Shown: positions 61,356-64,000 of the stretch, one piece after another
Layout of the letters: each line of letters starts with the position of its first letter
How positions within the stretch are numbered: the first letter of the stretch is position 1
NCBI GenBank assembly: GCA_943841885.1
Contig: CALSZZ010000001.1
Coordinates: 382,253 to 446,252, forward strand
DNA length: 64,000 nt
Direction: 5' to 3'
Source of the DNA: Candidatus Thalassarchaeaceae archaeon
Lineage (GTDB): Archaea > Thermoplasmatota > Poseidoniia > Poseidoniales > Thalassarchaeaceae
Position numbers and translations under genes: made by a program
Notes under the pieces: model-generated
Database searches by the model: none
What the model saw: the letters and a program-made list of their open reading frames with translations, nothing else
Told to the model about the DNA's origin: nothing

Positions 61356-62072
61356 ATGGAAATAGTAAAATCGGTTATTGCTATTTTCTTAACTGCATCA
61401 ATCTTATCTGGTTGTGCAGCACCTCCTGATAAAGTAGATCCAGCAGTTCTGGAAGCTTTAGAAACTGGTGATTTTAGGTATCTTGACTTGTCTGGATTAA
61501 ACTTAGTTTATACAAATTTTGATAATACTAATTGGTCTAATGTTAATGCTTCAGGAGCTGAATTAACAGGATCTGATTTTGGCATAGTTGATTTTACCAA
61601 TGCGGACCTATCTGAAGCAAATATGGATGAGGGTTTTTTCGTAGCAGCAAATTTCATGTATGCGGATTTATCTTATTCGAATATGAAATATGCTAATTTC
61701 TTTTATGCCTCTTTCCTTTCTACAGATTTGACAAATGTTGTTGCTATTGAATCTGATTTTGAAAATTCCAATATGGAAAATGCTGATATGAGAGAAGGTA
61801 ATTTTGCTGATAGTAGTTTTAAGGGTAGTAATCTTCATCTCATAAAGGCATCAAATACTAATTTTCATGGAGTTGTATTTGATAATTCGAATATGACTTA
61901 TGCAGATTTAAATTTCACAGATTTAAGTGGTGCTAGTCTGAAGGGAGTTGACTTACAATTTTCTGACTTAACTGGAGCAATTATTGATGGTGCTGACTTT
62001 AGTGGGGTAGAATGGTATTATACAGTATGTCCTGATGGAACTAATAGTGGAATTTCAAGAGATTGTTTGTAG
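61356..62072 (+). CDS. pentapeptide-repeat lipoprotein
   Basis: ILSGC lipobox; A(D/N)(L/F/M)xx repeats; CPDGT cap. Confidence 0.88.
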   Translation: MEIVKSVIAIFLTASILSGCAAPPDKVDPAVLEALETGDFRYLDLSGLNLVYTNFDNTNWSNVNASGAELTGSDFGIVDFTNADLSEANMDEGFFVAANFMYADLSYSNMKYANFFYASFLSTDLTNVVAIESDFENSNMENADMREGNFADSSFKGSNLHLIKASNTNFHGVVFDNSNMTYADLNFTDLSGASLKGVDLQFSDLTGAIIDGADFSGVEWYYTVCPDGTNSGISRDCL

Positions 62073-62429
62073 AGAATATTCTCGTAATTTATCTAAAGAA
62101 ATAATTTGTAAAGTTTCTTCATGAGTAGCGGTAAGAACTACAGGGCAAGCACATCCTACGTCATATGCATCTTGCCAAGTTTGTGCGCATACACACCATC
62201 TATCTCCATCCTTAAGTCCTGGGAAATTGAATTGTGGAGCTGGCGTGATTAAATTATTACCTTTTGACAATGCAAAATTTAGGAAATCATCCGTAACAAC
62301 ACAACAAACTGTATGTAATGACCTATCATTTCTATCAGTATTACAACATCCATCTCGGAACCAACCTGTTAAAGGATCTATTGAACACTCGATTAATTCT
62401 CCACCAAGAACATTGAATGAAGGAAGCAT
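62055..62429 (-). CDS. DUF2237 family protein
   Basis: NVLG, PLTGWFRDGCC, HTVC, FPGLKDGDRWCVCA. Confidence 0.9.
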   Translation of the reverse strand: MLPSFNVLGGELIECSIDPLTGWFRDGCCNTDRNDRSLHTVCCVVTDDFLNFALSKGNNLITPAPQFNFPGLKDGDRWCVCAQTWQDAYDVGCACPVVLTATHEETLQIISLDKLREYSLQTIS

Positions 62430-62455
62430 GTTTTGACGAAAAGGTCCATTGTTCT

Positions 62456-63382
62456 TTAATTATTGTCTTCAATCATTGGCCTACTTGAACCACAATCGGG
62501 ACATAATTGAATTTTAGTATCAGAATATTTATGAAAACAAGCAGGACAAGAGGGGGAAAGAATCAATTTTTTACTTGTTTCTAAATTTATCTTTTCTTCT
62601 TCAACCCTTTCCAATTGAATTTTATCCTTTTCATTGATAGGAATTTCAAAACGACCTGGTCCTCCAATTTTTAATAAAACATCAGGAGGGAATGTTACCG
62701 TTCCAGTATCATCAATTATTAATTCTCTACTATTTGAAAGATCTGAGATATCTACTTCAGTTCCATGTTGTGCTACAAATCTACCCTCCCTTAATTCTAA
62801 TGAACGATTGCAAAATGATGCAACTTCTCTATTATGCGTAACTAAGAGGAATGCTACTCCAAATTCTTTGTTAAGATCTGAAAATAATTTTAAAACTTCT
62901 CTGCTTGTTATTGGATCTAAAGCGCCAGTTGGTTCATCTGCTAGAATTAATTTGGGATCTGTAATTAATGCTCTAGCAATAGCTACTCTTTGCTGTTCAC
63001 CTCCTGAAAGTTGTTCAGGTAAACCTTTAGAACGTTCGCCTACTCCTAATTTATTCAATAAATCTTGAGCTTTTTTTCTAGCTACTCTAGGTCTTATTCC
63101 TTGATGTCTTAGTGGTTGGGCAACATTATCCAAAGCATTCATATGAGGAAGTAGGTTAGAATCTTGAAAAATAAAAGAAATAGTTTTTTGCCGGAGTTCA
63201 ACAAGTTCTTTTCCTGTGAGTCTTGTCATACGTTTACCTACTAATGATACATTTCCAGCAGTGGGCTTCATTAGACCTCCAAGACATTTCAATAAGGTAG
63301 ATTTTCCAGAGCCTGAGGGGCCAACTACAGCAACTGCTTCACCTTCAATAATAGAGACATGAATTCCTCTAAGTGCAACCAC
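62456..63382 (-). CDS. ABC transporter ATP-binding protein (LolD/MacB-like) with C-terminal Zn ribbon
   Basis: GPSGSGKST, LSGGEQQR, LADEPT; CPAC...CPDCG tail; frame stays open upstream to about 63450, so the true start is uncertain. Confidence 0.9.
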   Translation of the reverse strand: MVALRGIHVSIIEGEAVAVVGPSGSGKSTLLKCLGGLMKPTAGNVSLVGKRMTRLTGKELVELRQKTISFIFQDSNLLPHMNALDNVAQPLRHQGIRPRVARKKAQDLLNKLGVGERSKGLPEQLSGGEQQRVAIARALITDPKLILADEPTGALDPITSREVLKLFSDLNKEFGVAFLLVTHNREVASFCNRSLELREGRFVAQHGTEVDISDLSNSRELIIDDTGTVTFPPDVLLKIGGPGRFEIPINEKDKIQLERVEEEKINLETSKKLILSPSCPACFHKYSDTKIQLCPDCGSSRPMIEDNN

Positions 63383-63462
63383 GTTTCCATCTTCTGCTTT
63401 TGATTCATAGATATGAAATAGACCATTTGCATTTAGAATAACATTATCACCAAATTTCAGAT

Positions 63463-64000
63463 TTATTCCCCCTTAAGTACTATTGCTAAATCTGATTTTA
63501 ATGCTTTACGTGTTGTGTATAGTAATGCCAATATAACTGCAATCAATACCGAACTATTGACTAATACTAAATCAAACCAAGGCCATATCAATTCCCTGTC
63601 AATAGGAACCGATTCTCCTAAAAATATTTGAAATATAAATCCGAATATACCAAAGAAACCATTGAAAGATTCGGCTATTGCCAAACCTAGTATAACCCCT
63701 AATCCCATACTAACTAAAAGAATAGCCATAATTTCAAATAATACCAATCGGATTACCTGATTAGGGCTCGCACCTATGGCCTGAAGTATAGCGAGTTCAC
63801 GTTTTCTCTGTGTTAATACAAGTGATAAGAAGACAAAAGCCGATGCTACTGAAGCAAGCGAAGCAACCACAAATTGTAGACTTAATAGACCCGGAGTTCC
63901 ATATATTAGCCCTCCCTTACGCTCATTTTCTTCGTGAACAGTCGGCCAATCTGTAGAAGACGAAACTCCTACACTATTTGATATCTCATTATTTAATTGA
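63463..64000 (-). CDS. FtsX-like ABC transporter permease (3' part, runs off window)
   Basis: QRKRELAILQAIGAS...VIRLVLFE motif. Confidence 0.85.
   Translation of the reverse strand, partial: QLNNEISNSVGVSSSTDWPTVHEENERKGGLIYGTPGLLSLQFVVASLASVASAFVFLSLVLTQRKRELAILQAIGASPNQVIRLVLFEIMAILLVSMGLGVILGLAIAESFNGFFGIFGFIFQIFLGESVPIDRELIWPWFDLVLVNSSVLIAVILALLYTTRKALKSDLAIVLKGE

Noticed and set aside
890-63068. Many 60-190 aa ORFs antisense to or nested in long genes (e.g. 890..1246, 3656..4177, 43129..43701, 62634..63068)
   Set aside because: Shadow ORFs of well-supported genes, with no motifs
1-64000. tRNA, rRNA, integrase, prophage or defence-system genes
   Set aside because: None recognised by eye; a covariance-model scan would be needed to exclude small RNAs

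Overview
AT-rich, gene-dense prokaryotic chromosome segment. It is most likely from a planktonic marine Thermoplasmatota archaeon (Marine Group II/III-like). This is inferred from an archaellin, an Lhr helicase, a Sec11-type signal peptidase, a DUF3198-like protein, a PGF-CTERM-tailed subtilase, several SGC/AGC lipoproteins and short or leaderless 5' ends. No rRNA, tRNA, CRISPR array or transposase was recognised. A core-like block (site-2 protease, signal peptidase, Lhr, P-loop kinase) sits among many accessory genes. Top candidates for new biology: (1) a coupled operon at 8.0-10.0 kb of tiny Gly-rich hydrophobic and 11-mer amphipathic proteins, with its own wHTH regulator and a palindrome, next to an MMPL transporter; (2) a 1028-aa ZnuA whose His-rich loop is a ~700-aa multi-module insert with a 478-bp duplication, facing a NikR-like regulator with an altered metal site; (3) a eukaryote-type (6-4) photolyase/cryptochrome; (4) an orphan archaellin with a lectin-like insert; (5) a ~230-250 bp dispersed inverted repeat carrying an unannotated 29-aa hydrophobic peptide; (6) an iota-type carbonic anhydrase. 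Several genes are broken by homopolymer frameshifts or in-frame stops. All family calls come from motif recognition by eye, not database searches.
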